Origin: a virus
Strand: one strand, 5' to 3'
DNA: 64,000 nucleotides
Virus record (IMG/VR): IMGVR_UViG_3300033475_000008
Location: 1-64,000 of that record
The first letter of the stretch is position 1, and each line of letters starts with the position of its first letter. A program made the position numbers and the translations under genes. Under the pieces are notes generated by a model, which saw only the letters and a program-made list of their open reading frames with translations, searched no databases and was not told the DNA's origin. This document shows, piece by piece, positions 31,534 to 42,467 of the stretch.

Positions 31534-33849
31534 CTAGGCGAGTTGGATGAAACTACTGGGTGACCCCACTGGGTCTGGCCACGCTCCGCCATAGATGAGT
31601 TGAGTGACTGCGTCGTACGTTTCACCGAGGTTGTCAGTAAGCGCGACGATGAAGGCGTGAAACACTGCCGTGGCCGGTGGGGTACCGAGTTCCTGCACGG
31701 CGACTTGCGCGTAGACTGCGGTGGCGGGGAGTGACCCGGCTGAGGACACGGTGAGCACGGTGGGGGTGTTGGCCGCGATAGAAGTGGTGGAGCCGGCTGT
31801 AGTGCTGAGATAAGCGTGAGTGGCGTCGTACCAGTTGATGTCTACTGAGCACTGCGTGTATCCGACCGGGGTGTAGAACACGGTAGTCGCGGTGTAAACA
31901 TACCCCTGCTGCACGGGAACGAAGTCACCACTGAGTGCGTAGACCTGGCTGGCAGAGCCACTCGGGACCACTCGGGCACTTTGAGTCAGTTGCTCATATG
32001 TATACAAGGAAGACTGACTGAGGGTGCCCCCGGTGGCTGTCCACTGACCGAGGCCCTGCTCAAAGTTCCAGGTCTGGTTGAGTGGAAGACCGGGTTGGAT
32101 CGTGGACTCGCAGAGTCCCATCACGGTGAGGTCCGGGTTGGTACTGCGAACGATGGTAGTGGTCCTGGCTCCACTGTCCTCCCAGGTGTGGAGGATGGGT
32201 CCAATCGCGGTCTGATCAAAGATCTGCAAGGGGAGTGAGAATCCACCAGGCGAGAACGGTGTCCACACGTTGACGCCACGCGGGCTTTGCAACACGGTAG
32301 GGTTACCCGGGAACACGGCAAAGTCGTAGAGAGTGCGTAGATAGTCACTGATGGTACCACCAAGTTGCCGCATGAGCACGTGGTAAGTGGCTCCGTTGGT
32401 GAGTCCCGTGACTGGGAGTGGCACCGAGATCCGCGGTGTGACCGTGACTTGCATGGTGCTGTAAGATTGGCCGGTGATACCGTAGAACTGCCAGTTGCCA
32501 CCACCAGCGTCGTTGAGACCAAGAAGGACACCGAGACCGACGTAACTGGCGGTCTGCCAACTTGTGTCCGGTCCGCTGTCACTGACTCCGAGTGTGAAAA
32601 AGGTGCTGCCCGTGAGTGCCATCAACCCGTAGTCGGTGGCCTGCAGGGCGGGTATGCCGTCAGCGACGTAAGCGCCGGTTGGGAGAGTAGGACCGTTGAG
32701 CCAGGGTCCCAGACTGCCGTTCTCATTGATGACCGCGTAGTAGCACTCGGTCTGGGCGACACCGTTGTAGCCACCGAAAAGGAAGAGGTAGCCGTTGACT
32801 GCGCCGACCCACGTGAACACCGGGACGGTAATCGTGGACGGGATCGGGGTAGTCAAGTTCCACGCGGTGATCTGCCCGTTTTGAACCTGCGCGTAGTGCA
32901 CGGCAGTGGTAGTGGTAGCCCCGGTGCTGGTGTAGCCACCCAACGCGTAGACGTACCCGTTGTACGCTGCCATAGAGTGGTTTTGTATCGCGGTAGGCAG
33001 TGCGGTCTGCAATGACCAAGACGCGATGTTTCCGGTGACCGTGTTAAGTGACGCCGTGTACACCGCACTGATCGGTGACCCTCCCACGGTAGTGGCACCA
33101 CCGGTGAACACGACAGTAGCGTCTCCGCTGCTGGGATCTGTGGACACGGTCATGACCGCGCTACCGTCAGTGGGTGCTGGGAGTGACTGTTGTGGGATGG
33201 CTTGCTCGAGGTTGCCCACTGAGTCATAGGTGATCGTGTAGACTGAGCTGGTCGCGGCTCCACCCGCCGCGCCACCGGCCATGAGAATGTAGGGGTCGTA
33301 GTACGTGGACACGGTGGAGGTGTTGGCACCACCAGTGCCCGTGGTGGGGAAGGGCCACGCGTTGGTACTGACCGCGCCGATGTGGAAGCCGTTGAACTGG
33401 GCCAGAGCCAGAGGGTTGTTGGTATACGTCAACGCCGGGTTGGCCGTGCTACTGGGAGTAGGAAGACACGCCGTCGCTGAGAGTTGGTTGATCCAGCTGG
33501 CAGGGACTCGAGTCTGTTGCAACACGGTACCCGGGACACCGGCGTTGTCCGCACACAGGGACACGAGTAGGTCAGCTCCCTGACCCACTGAGTAGAGTGG
33601 GATCTGCACGCGACCGATGTTGGTGCCTACCATGGTGAACGGTTGATCAAGGTCCAGTGTGCTGAACTGTCGCCTGGCAGCACCACCACCAGTGCCGTTT
33701 GGCGTGAGGATAGAGGCCCCTCGGTAGATCTCTGAACTGCCGTGTGCTCCCAAGAGTTGATTGATCCCCGTGGCATAGAGGGTCGCTCCCGGGTCCTGGC
33801 TGAGACCGTTTCGAACCGAGGACCAAGTGGGAGTGGAAGTGGTAGGCAT
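31534..33849 (-). CDS. minor tail protein with Kelch-like repeats and a carbohydrate-binding-like domain
   Basis: YNGYVYALGG and VNGYLFLFGG repeats; NFEQGLGQW...INWYDA domain. Confidence 0.7.
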   Translation of the reverse strand: MPTTSTPTWSSVRNGLSQDPGATLYATGINQLLGAHGSSEIYRGASILTPNGTGGGAARRQFSTLDLDQPFTMVGTNIGRVQIPLYSVGQGADLLVSLCADNAGVPGTVLQQTRVPASWINQLSATACLPTPSSTANPALTYTNNPLALAQFNGFHIGAVSTNAWPFPTTGTGGANTSTVSTYYDPYILMAGGAAGGAATSSVYTITYDSVGNLEQAIPQQSLPAPTDGSAVMTVSTDPSSGDATVVFTGGATTVGGSPISAVYTASLNTVTGNIASWSLQTALPTAIQNHSMAAYNGYVYALGGYTSTGATTTTAVHYAQVQNGQITAWNLTTPIPSTITVPVFTWVGAVNGYLFLFGGYNGVAQTECYYAVINENGSLGPWLNGPTLPTGAYVADGIPALQATDYGLMALTGSTFFTLGVSDSGPDTSWQTASYVGLGVLLGLNDAGGGNWQFYGITGQSYSTMQVTVTPRISVPLPVTGLTNGATYHVLMRQLGGTISDYLRTLYDFAVFPGNPTVLQSPRGVNVWTPFSPGGFSLPLQIFDQTAIGPILHTWEDSGARTTTIVRSTNPDLTVMGLCESTIQPGLPLNQTWNFEQGLGQWTATGGTLSQSSLYTYEQLTQSARVVPSGSASQVYALSGDFVPVQQGYVYTATTVFYTPVGYTQCSVDINWYDATHAYLSTTAGSTTSIAANTPTVLTVSSAGSLPATAVYAQVAVQELGTPPATAVFHAFIVALTDNLGETYDAVTQLIYGGAWPDPVGSPSSFIQLA

Positions 33850-33856
33850 CAGGTCC

Positions 33857-34597
33857 TCACGTGACAGAGATCAAGTTGAGACCACTGGAGTCATAGGTCA
33901 AGGTACGAGAAGAGTACACGTAGTCGTTGGCGGCTTGCGCAACGGTGTATTCAGTGAGAGCGGTGGGAACGTTAGCCGCGGTACTGACGAGGTCGAGCCA
34001 GCGCGCACCACTGTCCTCCCACGTGTGTGCCAAGCTGCCGCTTCCCAACGTGAGATCGAACACGTTGTAGATGAACCCGTAGGCTTGCGGGGTCCACGTG
34101 ACACCGTCTGGTGAGGTAGAGGCACCACTAACCTGGTTGTTCCGGTTCCACGTGTAGAAGTTTGACGGGTCGCCCACCGCAGGGACGACGAGCCAGTACT
34201 GCGTGGAAGGTGTCAACATGTTGACCGGGACCGGGATGCTGACCGTGGCGCCACCTGCGGTAAGGTAAGACGTGGGCACCGTCGTGCTCACCAGCGCTGA
34301 CCCCGTAGGTGCTGTACCAGTACTCGCGTACACGCTGAGAGTCATCGGAGTGGGAGCACCCGTGTACCCCAGCGTGATCCTGGCCCGTCCCAGTGACGTG
34401 GTGCTGGCAGCGGTGGTGAAAGACTCCGCGAGCCACGTTCCATTGGTGCTCGTGTTACCAGCGCCCGCGGTTCCCTGTGACGCGAAACTAGTCCCACCGT
34501 AGACATAGGTGATCGCGTGACTGCCCAGGAACTGGTTGACTTGCGCGGCTAGAGGTTGTGAGCCCGCGGACGCGCCAACCCAGTTGGGAGTGGTCAC
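33857..34597 (-). CDS. minor tail protein
   Basis: Paralogous N- and C-termini with 37093..37851 and 31534..33849. Confidence 0.7.
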   Translation of the reverse strand: MTTPNWVGASAGSQPLAAQVNQFLGSHAITYVYGGTSFASQGTAGAGNTSTNGTWLAESFTTAASTTSLGRARITLGYTGAPTPMTLSVYASTGTAPTGSALVSTTVPTSYLTAGGATVSIPVPVNMLTPSTQYWLVVPAVGDPSNFYTWNRNNQVSGASTSPDGVTWTPQAYGFIYNVFDLTLGSGSLAHTWEDSGARWLDLVSTAANVPTALTEYTVAQAANDYVYSSRTLTYDSSGLNLISVT

Positions 34598-34615
34598 TTC
34601 ATCACCCGATCATTG

Positions 34616-35023
34616 TCAGGAAGGGTAAATCATCTGATCTGTAGTCGTGCTGCTCAAGACGACAGGTGCGTATGAGCTGCTCAATGTTGCGTCTATTTCG
34701 AAGATCCATTGACGATGAATTTCAATCGCAGCTTGCGCTGCAGTTGTCGTTACTCCTAGGTTAGACACAGCAAGCGTGCACAATGAGTTCAACCATGTAG
34801 TCAGGTTAGCCTCATAGGTGTCTTGATCGAACCACGAGTAGTCGTACGTGATGTTGCCAGACTCATCGATCCCGGTATCGAACCCAACGCTCATGATCTG
34901 AGCATCTGCAAAACCACCGACATTTTGTCGCCCAGCAATATCAGAGACAGGGGTCATTGTCACCGAATAGATGATCGTTGCGACATGCGTGCCATCCGGC
35001 AATGTGGGGAAGTGATTAGCCAT
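34616..35023 (-). CDS. hypothetical protein (lower GC)
   Basis: ORF with AAGGA RBS downstream of the tailspike. Confidence 0.6.
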   Translation of the reverse strand: MANHFPTLPDGTHVATIIYSVTMTPVSDIAGRQNVGGFADAQIMSVGFDTGIDESGNITYDYSWFDQDTYEANLTTWLNSLCTLAVSNLGVTTTAAQAAIEIHRQWIFEIDATLSSSYAPVVLSSTTTDQMIYPS

Positions 35024-35053
35024 GATCGTATCCTTATCTAGATCGATTGCTTG

Positions 35054-37093
35054 TCATGCTGTACGTTCTACCTTGCCACCGACCAACGAGATCGTGTTAC
35101 TAGCTGAACCAGGGTTCCACGTGACAGCCATAGTCAACGCGTTTGCACCGGTAGTCGTTATCGTCGTCACTGTCGCCGGGACGGTGATGTAGGTGGCTGC
35201 CGTGTCCAACGAAGTAGACGTGTCGATGGAAAGGTTCATCGTAGTCCACGCGGTTGTCGTGGATCGGAAGTTCACGATGACCTCGTAGAAGAACGGTGAG
35301 TTTGTCAAGCTGTTAGGCAACGTGATCGCTGTTGGGATCGTCGTCAACACCGTACCAGCGACGCCACCCCACAGCATCGTGAAGTTCAACGTGGGGGTAC
35401 CGTTGTTGGAAAAGATGCCGAATCCGGTCATCTCATAGATGGTTCCAGCTGCCACGTCGTTAGCCGGGACCGTGAAAGACTGCAGTGATGTGAGAACGTT
35501 AGTGGTAGCGTTCGCGACAGTCACCGTAGTGATCTGTGACTGAACCAGGCCACCGATCGTCTGCACGAGACCCTGGGGGTTGCGGGTGTTGACCACACCG
35601 GCACTCGCGTAGGCAAGTGCCCCACCGGTGGGGTTGGTAGTCGGTACCGTGGTCGCGTTGGCGATCTTCAACTCGCCCACACCGTTGTCACCGAGGTCAG
35701 TTCCAGACCCGACCAGTAGTGACTTGGTGAAACCATGTACCCCAGGAGCGGCACGCAGTGACGTGTAGTCAGCGGTGGTGCCACCACTGTAGAGACCGTC
35801 ACCCTTGGCGTTGAGGAGGTACCGGTGAAGAGTGTCACCAGTTACTCGCAGGCCGAGAGCATTGCTTGCCGTCGTGGCTTCTACGAGTACTACGTCAGCG
35901 TTCGTGTTACCGGAGACCGCCGTTGAATTGTTGATCCCGAAGGTACCCGCGGCAGTGCCACTGGTGAGGTTGACCTCGGTGGCGTTTGTCTGTTCACCAC
36001 TGAACTGCGTACCATTGTCTGCTTGGCAGTCCATGACTCGGAACTCACCAGTGGAGGTACCGAAGGCGACGTGTGCCCCAGTAGGTGTGGCACCACCGGT
36101 GTAGGAACCACGGACAGACTCTGCGATCACGTAACTGTTAGCCAGTGGTGCGTTCAAGGTCACGCCGTTGGCGATACATGCCACCGCCGTCGAGTTGAAG
36201 ATCAAAGTGTTCTTGATGGATCCAAACTGTGGACCGAACGTGAACACGTCCTGCGCCGTCGAGTATCCAGAGTAGAAGCCGCCTTGATAGGCGTGGAAGT
36301 TGTCAAAGTGAACATCACGGGCAGTCGTGTCCACGAACACGGCTGAGCCACCGTTAACCAGTGACGTCTCGATCTTACCGGAGACAAAGTACAGTGAGTA
36401 GGGTTGACCGACGTTGCTGCCGAGTCCTCGTTCTACTCGAATCGCGCCTGTCGTGAACTGCTCCCAGCGACAACCAAAGAAGTAGACGTTGTTCACGGTG
36501 CTAGAACTGTAGCCGAACCCACTCGTCGCTGCCGAGTTGCGCAACCAGAGGTTGGGTGCCGTGGTGTTCGCGGTCGTTGAACCAGAGGAATCCCACAGGC
36601 AGTTGTAGTAGCGTGAGTCCCAGAACTCAGCACAGTCTTGACCGACGTCTAGTGAGTTCGTGAAATGGCAGTCGTGGAAGGCGAGGTTGTCCGCGTAGTA
36701 GGTTTGGAACAACGTACCAGTGAGGTTGTTGCCGTGTAACTCGAGGCTCTCGAGGGTGCAGTATCGACAGTGCGTGACACCGGTGGTGTCTGTGGCGGGT
36801 CCGGACATGGAGATGATGGGACCGGCGGCGGTTCGCCTGAGGATGGCCGCGTTCTCTCCCGTGCCCATGAGTCGTACCCCGTAGTAGCCGGTGGAACCGT
36901 TGTTGAGCACAAGTGCCGCGGTCGTGCTACTGGTCGGTGTGACTTGGTAGGTACCCGCTGGAAAGAAAAGGATGCCACCACCGCTCGCGGCCACAGCCTG
37001 GATAGCCAGGTTGATGGCTGCCGTGTCGTCAGTGACCCCGTCACCTTGAGCGCCGTAGTCTTGTGGGGTAACTACACCGGCAAGGAAAGGCAT
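35054..37093 (-). CDS. tailspike/receptor-binding protein with pectate-lyase-like beta-helix
   Basis: DYGAQGDGVTDDTAAI..AI...GGG.LFFPAGTY. Confidence 0.85.
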   Translation of the reverse strand: MPFLAGVVTPQDYGAQGDGVTDDTAAINLAIQAVAASGGGILFFPAGTYQVTPTSSTTAALVLNNGSTGYYGVRLMGTGENAAILRRTAAGPIISMSGPATDTTGVTHCRYCTLESLELHGNNLTGTLFQTYYADNLAFHDCHFTNSLDVGQDCAEFWDSRYYNCLWDSSGSTTANTTAPNLWLRNSAATSGFGYSSSTVNNVYFFGCRWEQFTTGAIRVERGLGSNVGQPYSLYFVSGKIETSLVNGGSAVFVDTTARDVHFDNFHAYQGGFYSGYSTAQDVFTFGPQFGSIKNTLIFNSTAVACIANGVTLNAPLANSYVIAESVRGSYTGGATPTGAHVAFGTSTGEFRVMDCQADNGTQFSGEQTNATEVNLTSGTAAGTFGINNSTAVSGNTNADVVLVEATTASNALGLRVTGDTLHRYLLNAKGDGLYSGGTTADYTSLRAAPGVHGFTKSLLVGSGTDLGDNGVGELKIANATTVPTTNPTGGALAYASAGVVNTRNPQGLVQTIGGLVQSQITTVTVANATTNVLTSLQSFTVPANDVAAGTIYEMTGFGIFSNNGTPTLNFTMLWGGVAGTVLTTIPTAITLPNSLTNSPFFYEVIVNFRSTTTAWTTMNLSIDTSTSLDTAATYITVPATVTTITTTGANALTMAVTWNPGSASNTISLVGGKVERTA

Positions 37094-37851
37094 CAGGCTA
37101 CTCCTGTCAGGTAGTTGTTCGTGTAAGTGAGGTCGCGGGTCGAGACCACGTCATTACCGCTCTGAGCTTGCGTGGTCTCAGTGATCGAGACGAGTTGGCT
37201 TGAGGCGTTGTAGGTGAACTGAGTGATCTTAGCGCCGCCGTCTTCGATGATGAACTGAACGGGAAGGATCGCGGCAGAGAAGTCAAAGACCTGGTACATG
37301 AACCCGTATCCCTGAGGGACCCACGTGGACCCGTCTGTGGAGGTCAACGCTCCTGAAGCCTGGTTAGATTGTTGCCACACGTAGTATGTACTGCTGTCAC
37401 CGGCGGGTTGCACGACGATCCAGTACGTGGTGGAGGGTGTCAACCCGACGAGGATGAGCGGGATCAGGAGGAAGAAGCTACCTGAGTAGACATAGGTCTC
37501 CAGCAGTGAGACTGTGGCCAGTGGGTCACCGACAGGTTGTCCAGCGTTGGACTCGTAGATCGAGACCACCAGGGGAGCGATAGTAGGGGTGAGTGGTGAG
37601 CCGCTCACTACCGACATCTGCAAGGTGATGGTGCCGACCTGGGTCTGTGTGGACGTGGTCACGAGTTGCTGCGCGAGGTAGAGGTTTTCGGTTGACGTGT
37701 AGACGGCACTACCGATGATCTGACCCGATTGAAAGACCGTGTTGTCATAGAGGAAAGTGGCTGAGTGTGCGGCGAGGAACTGGTTGACCGCGCCAGCGTT
37801 GGCAGGTTGTCCAATGGTGGCACCCTGGATCACGGGAACCGTGGTCGCCAC
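37093..37851 (-). CDS. minor tail protein
   Basis: GTG 37851 start; paralogue of 33857..34597. Confidence 0.7.
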   Translation of the reverse strand: MATTVPVIQGATIGQPANAGAVNQFLAAHSATFLYDNTVFQSGQIIGSAVYTSTENLYLAQQLVTTSTQTQVGTITLQMSVVSGSPLTPTIAPLVVSIYESNAGQPVGDPLATVSLLETYVYSGSFFLLIPLILVGLTPSTTYWIVVQPAGDSSTYYVWQQSNQASGALTSTDGSTWVPQGYGFMYQVFDFSAAILPVQFIIEDGGAKITQFTYNASSQLVSITETTQAQSGNDVVSTRDLTYTNNYLTGVA

Positions 37852-37852
37852 G

Positions 37853-38383
37853 TCAGGGTCCAAACGCGAAGTTGACTTGCAGGACCAAGGTGTCTGCCGC
37901 GGGGACTGGGATAGTGGCCGGGAACACCCAGTGGTTGAGCAGGGACCCGGAGTTGGTGGCACTGGTGGCTTGAGCGAAGACCCCGGCTTCGTTCACAGAC
38001 CACATGCTCACCGGGTTAGGGAAGTAGAAGAGCCACGTGGCGAGTGCCGAGACCGTGGGACTAGCCGGAGTGCTGCCGCCGGCACCGACGGTGACTCGAC
38101 CGAGTTCAGCGCCGAGTTGCGTGTCTGCCTTAGTGGCCGGGGTGACACTAGACCCGACGGCCCCGTAGAGAGGAGTGAGGTAGGTGGGTGAGGTGACACC
38201 GAGGTTGGCTGCCTGGTCCTGGATACCTGACCAGACGAGTGACTGAGCGACCTGCGTGAACCCCGTAGTGCAGATCACGTTTTGCCCAGTATGGTGGTCA
38301 TGAACCTCACCATCTGGTCCCAACACCCACAGTTCGAGGAAGCCGCGGAGGAGAACGCTCTCGGTGGTCTCAGCCCCAGACAC
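37853..38383 (-). CDS. tail/baseplate-associated protein
   Basis: N.I.T.G...AVGS...DTQL.AEL.R...EAG.F pattern. Confidence 0.65.
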   Translation of the reverse strand: MSGAETTESVLLRGFLELWVLGPDGEVHDHHTGQNVICTTGFTQVAQSLVWSGIQDQAANLGVTSPTYLTPLYGAVGSSVTPATKADTQLGAELGRVTVGAGGSTPASPTVSALATWLFYFPNPVSMWSVNEAGVFAQATSATNSGSLLNHWVFPATIPVPAADTLVLQVNFAFGP

Positions 38384-38609
38384 TGGACCCCCAGGTACTG
38401 AGACCGTTGGTAGTGGCCCACACTGGTGCCGGGGTGACCGGAACTGCGGTGACCGCGTCTGACGTGGTCATGGATGACTCATCGTCTTCCGCGACCACGC
38501 TGATCCCGGTGACAGAGCCGGTAACAGCTTGCTGGACCTGGTTGACCTGGTCGTTGATGGTCATGAGCACGTCAGTCAACGTGTAAGGACGAACGACACC
38601 AGTTGGCAT
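38370..38609 (-). CDS. hypothetical tail protein
   Basis: Translationally coupled ORF in the tail operon. Confidence 0.6.
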   Translation of the reverse strand: MPTGVVRPYTLTDVLMTINDQVNQVQQAVTGSVTGISVVAEDDESSMTTSDAVTAVPVTPAPVWATTNGLSTWGSSVWG

Positions 38610-39997
38610 CAGGCTCTCACCCCCGTGACACTCATGCTTCGATAGGGACTGTTGCTGGTGCTACCCCAGCTGATGGTGTTGCCAGTGCAGAGGAACGTGT
38701 CTGTGAGACCCCAACTGTAGCTGCTCTCACTGTCAGGGACGAACTGGTTGTGATACGTAAAAGTGTACCCGGCTCGGACCCAACCGAGGAACTCTTCGGT
38801 GACCGTGAAGGTGGTGCGTTCTACGGCGTAGGCATACTCGGTGCGTTCTCGGAGAGCTCGGGCCAAAGCCATCTGCACGGTGATGAGAGAGGAGTCGTTG
38901 ATGTATTCACTGTAGACTCCACGGTTAGGTCCCGTATAGGTGGCTTGGGAGTTGAGGTCTTGAGCCGTAGCGATGACCGGGACCTGGTAGTCATACCACA
39001 ACTTGAGAGTAGTGCCGAGGTTGGGTGGGGTGAGCGCGACCAGGAACCACTGACCAAACGCGTTTTGTTGGATGGCCCAGGGATCAGTGCTGGCTACACC
39101 GGTAGAGTTGAACGTGACCGCGGTGTTGCGTCCGTTCAATGTGAGCGTGCAGTCACCCGTGGCGGTGTATCGAAGTGGCCACGCGGTCTGCGTGCCATCT
39201 GCTCGCCACACGTCAGTGGGGTTACCCGTGATAGGTTGGTAGATGGTCTGATTAGCACCCTGAATGATGATCTTATTGTGGATGGTGGTGCCGTCCCACT
39301 CGTACTGGAAGTTACTGTCCAGCGCGATGTGACCCTGCGTAGTGGAACCGGCGACGGTGGGTGTAGTGGTGAAAGTTACGTTGGAGTTGATAGCCGTGGA
39401 CGCGTCGTAGAAATGCAACTCCAAGTTCTCATCCACGTACCACCCGTATGGGGTACTGCTGCCTGAGAGCTGAGCCAGTGATCGCCAGGCACTGGACAGG
39501 GTGCCCCAACTGAACTGTGCCTGAGTGAGGCGTGGAGCAGAGGCGACGAACCCACCGTTGATGATCTGCTTGGCGGTGATACCGCAGTTGGCTTGCTCAG
39601 TGAGGAGGACGACCATCTCGTCAGCACCGAGGTCGTTGAAGAGTCCCTGCACGTCAGCGTTGTCCGCGTAGAACGTGTAGTCAGTGCAGTTGAGAGTCCA
39701 CTCGTTGCGGTTGGGTCCCGTGGGGAGGAGGATGGGGTCGTTGACGACTCCCGCGAAGAGCGTGGTGCTGATGCTGTTGTCGATGAGAGCGATCTGCGAG
39801 AGCACCGGGATGTAGAAATGTGGACTAGTACTGTACTCGTCGACCAGTGAGAACGTGGCCGTGTCACCCTGGCGGCCAAAGTTCTGCGTGATGGTGATGT
39901 TTTGGTTGTTGCCGTACCAGGCGAGGTAGTGCGCGTAGTTCGTGGTGGATCCACCGGGTGGGGTGATGTTGAGAGTAAGGTTGGGGGTGGCGACCAC
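38609..39997 (-). CDS. minor tail (hub-like) protein
   Basis: Immediately after the tape measure; LFAGVV, C.DYT, WYVDE..ELHF. Confidence 0.7.
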   Translation of the reverse strand: MVATPNLTLNITPPGGSTTNYAHYLAWYGNNQNITITQNFGRQGDTATFSLVDEYSTSPHFYIPVLSQIALIDNSISTTLFAGVVNDPILLPTGPNRNEWTLNCTDYTFYADNADVQGLFNDLGADEMVVLLTEQANCGITAKQIINGGFVASAPRLTQAQFSWGTLSSAWRSLAQLSGSSTPYGWYVDENLELHFYDASTAINSNVTFTTTPTVAGSTTQGHIALDSNFQYEWDGTTIHNKIIIQGANQTIYQPITGNPTDVWRADGTQTAWPLRYTATGDCTLTLNGRNTAVTFNSTGVASTDPWAIQQNAFGQWFLVALTPPNLGTTLKLWYDYQVPVIATAQDLNSQATYTGPNRGVYSEYINDSSLITVQMALARALRERTEYAYAVERTTFTVTEEFLGWVRAGYTFTYHNQFVPDSESSYSWGLTDTFLCTGNTISWGSTSNSPYRSMSVTGVRA

Positions 39998-42456
39998 TAC
40001 ATCTTCACCCGCAACCCACCAGAGGGGAATGTGACCGTGGCGGTGCGCTTGCCGATCTTCTGTACCAACATGTCGATGTCCTTGTCGGACATGTAGGTGC
40101 CGCCGCGGAAGTCGAAGATGGTGTCTCCACCAGCTGCTGAGCCAGCGCTGGCGGCACCGACCGCGAGTGAGGACCCGACACCCTGGAGACCGACGAGACT
40201 GGAGGTGACGGTGTGTCGACCTAGTACGTTGGCAGCGGCTTGGATGGCTCCGACGTTGTCGAGCATGCCCTTGGCGATACCGGCTGGGATGAACTTACCG
40301 ACCTCGTCTGCCATGACCTGGGAGGGAGAGAAGATGGAGAGTACGTCCTTGAACGCGCCGACGATGGTGTTGCCAAGGCCACCGATGTTGCTGAGCAGGC
40401 CACCGACCGCGTCCTGGATGCCCTTCCAGAGGCCGTTGATGATGTCCTTGCCGATGTTGAGCAACCAGGTGTTGGCCTTGATGAAGATGTTGAGGATCTT
40501 TCCCGGGACGCCCTTGATCCAGTTGATGGCGTCGTCCCAGGCCTCTGACACGTAGTGAGTGATCTGTGACCAGTACTTGTAGACCAACGCCGGGATGAGA
40601 AGGATGCCGCCCGAGAGGATGCCCAGGATGAGAGGGTACCACCCTCGGATGATGTTCTCGACGTCCTTGACGGCGTCATCAAAGATCTTCGTGATGTCGT
40701 TCCAGAGACCCTTGAAGAACTTCTCAATGTCACCCCACACGTCACGAGCCGTGTTGTTGATCCAGTGCCACGCGTCGAAGAAGTACTGCTTGATCTGGTC
40801 CCAGTGTGTGTAGATCAAGATGGCCAGGGCGACGATGGCGATGGCGATGGCGATGAACGGGTTGGTGGCCATGATCAGGGTGAGGACCCTGAAGGCGGTG
40901 CCGATACCTTGGATGATGGTGATGACCTGCTTGACTGCCATGAACGCGAGGATGGCACCGAGGATGTAGGGCAGAATCGGCTTGAGCTTGTCCAGGGGGC
41001 CGATGATCCAGTCCACGATGGCCGTGAAGATCTTGGCCGCGATCACGACGATCGGGGTGAGGGCTCTCACGATGGCTGTGAGAGGGCCGATCAGCGCGAC
41101 CACACCTGGCAACAACCCGATAAACGCTTGGACCAAGGTAGGCAGGATCGGCAGCAGCGCGTTGAAGACTTGCACGAGAGCGCCGAGGATGGTGCTGGCG
41201 AGCAGCCCCAATGGCGGGATAAGCGGGATCAACGCGGTGGCCAACTCAGCGAACGCCGTGTTGAGAGAGTTGGCGACCACGTTGGCCACCTGAGCCACGA
41301 GCTTGAGGATGGGACCCAGTGCCGTCGCGATGGCAGAGAAGAGCGGTGAGAGCGCCTCAAGTGTCGTGTCAAAGTTGCTGAACGCGAGGACGATGCTCAA
41401 CAGGGGGGTGATGAGCGGTGCCGCGGCCGTGAGGACCTTTCCGAAGGTCTCTGCCAGGGTGACGATGGTGCCAGCCAGGGGGCCGATGATGGGGGTGATG
41501 GCCTGCAGTACCGGCATGAGAGCGTTCCCGAAGGTCACGATCATCTTGCCGACCGCGGGGACCAGGGTCCCGAGGATCACGTTGCTCAACGGTGCCAGGG
41601 CTGAGAGTAGCTTGCCGATGACCGGTAGGATCATGCCTACCGTGTTGAACAAGGCGTTGAGTCCCTGGGCTGCCTGAGCGATGTTGAGGTTGGTGAAGAG
41701 ACCAGCGAGTCCCTTGGCCAGGGTGACCAACCCGTTGCCCAGTGCGATGACCACGGGTAGCAAGCTCGGCATCATCTGAGACAGTGGTCTCACGAGTTGG
41801 TCTACGACGCCACCCAACGCGCCACCCAGGATGCCGACCATGGGTGCCATGGCTTGACCGACGAGCGTGAGCTCAGGTGCCAGACTCTTGACGACGTTGA
41901 GGATCTCCGTAAACGCGCCCTTGGCTGCCTGGTCCACGGGGGCGAAGGCAGCGTTGAGTTCTTTCATCACCGGAAGGAGCTGCTTTTGCGTCGCGGTCAG
42001 TTGCTGCCCGCTGGCCTGGGCCTCCTTCAGTGACTTACTGAGAGCGGCGGCACCGATGGCCATGCCACCGAAGATGGCGAGTGGTCCCAGCGCGAGGAGA
42101 CCAGCGAGAGGGCCAGAGAGGGCACCGGCAGCCAAGGCGATGAGTCGGATCTTACCCGCGAGTTCACTGGCCTTCTCGCCAGTGCTGCTCATGGACTTGC
42201 CGTTGCTCTCGAGGTGCTTGCTGTTGTCGTCGAGGTTCCGACCAAGAGTCTTGGTGGCCTCTGAGAGAGCCTCTGACTCAGCCGCGGTCTTCGCGAAGGA
42301 CTCGTCGATCTTGTCACTGGCTGCGCTGATCTGAACCGAGGCCTTCTCCATCTCGGCCGACAGTTCTCTGATCTTTGACTCAAAGAGATCCAGAGACGCA
42401 CTGGCGTTGTCTCTGGCTTCCATGACGATGAGAAGGGTGCTCTGCTCAGCAGACAT
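39997..42456 (-). CDS. tape measure protein
   Basis: 819 aa helical; ANPF.AI, W-periodic repeats, GKDII.GL..GI, I.SPS.VM..EVG. Confidence 0.9.
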   Translation of the reverse strand: MSAEQSTLLIVMEARDNASASLDLFESKIRELSAEMEKASVQISAASDKIDESFAKTAAESEALSEATKTLGRNLDDNSKHLESNGKSMSSTGEKASELAGKIRLIALAAGALSGPLAGLLALGPLAIFGGMAIGAAALSKSLKEAQASGQQLTATQKQLLPVMKELNAAFAPVDQAAKGAFTEILNVVKSLAPELTLVGQAMAPMVGILGGALGGVVDQLVRPLSQMMPSLLPVVIALGNGLVTLAKGLAGLFTNLNIAQAAQGLNALFNTVGMILPVIGKLLSALAPLSNVILGTLVPAVGKMIVTFGNALMPVLQAITPIIGPLAGTIVTLAETFGKVLTAAAPLITPLLSIVLAFSNFDTTLEALSPLFSAIATALGPILKLVAQVANVVANSLNTAFAELATALIPLIPPLGLLASTILGALVQVFNALLPILPTLVQAFIGLLPGVVALIGPLTAIVRALTPIVVIAAKIFTAIVDWIIGPLDKLKPILPYILGAILAFMAVKQVITIIQGIGTAFRVLTLIMATNPFIAIAIAIVALAILIYTHWDQIKQYFFDAWHWINNTARDVWGDIEKFFKGLWNDITKIFDDAVKDVENIIRGWYPLILGILSGGILLIPALVYKYWSQITHYVSEAWDDAINWIKGVPGKILNIFIKANTWLLNIGKDIINGLWKGIQDAVGGLLSNIGGLGNTIVGAFKDVLSIFSPSQVMADEVGKFIPAGIAKGMLDNVGAIQAAANVLGRHTVTSSLVGLQGVGSSLAVGAASAGSAAGGDTIFDFRGGTYMSDKDIDMLVQKIGKRTATVTFPSGGLRVKM

Positions 42457-42467
42457 GGCTCACCTCC

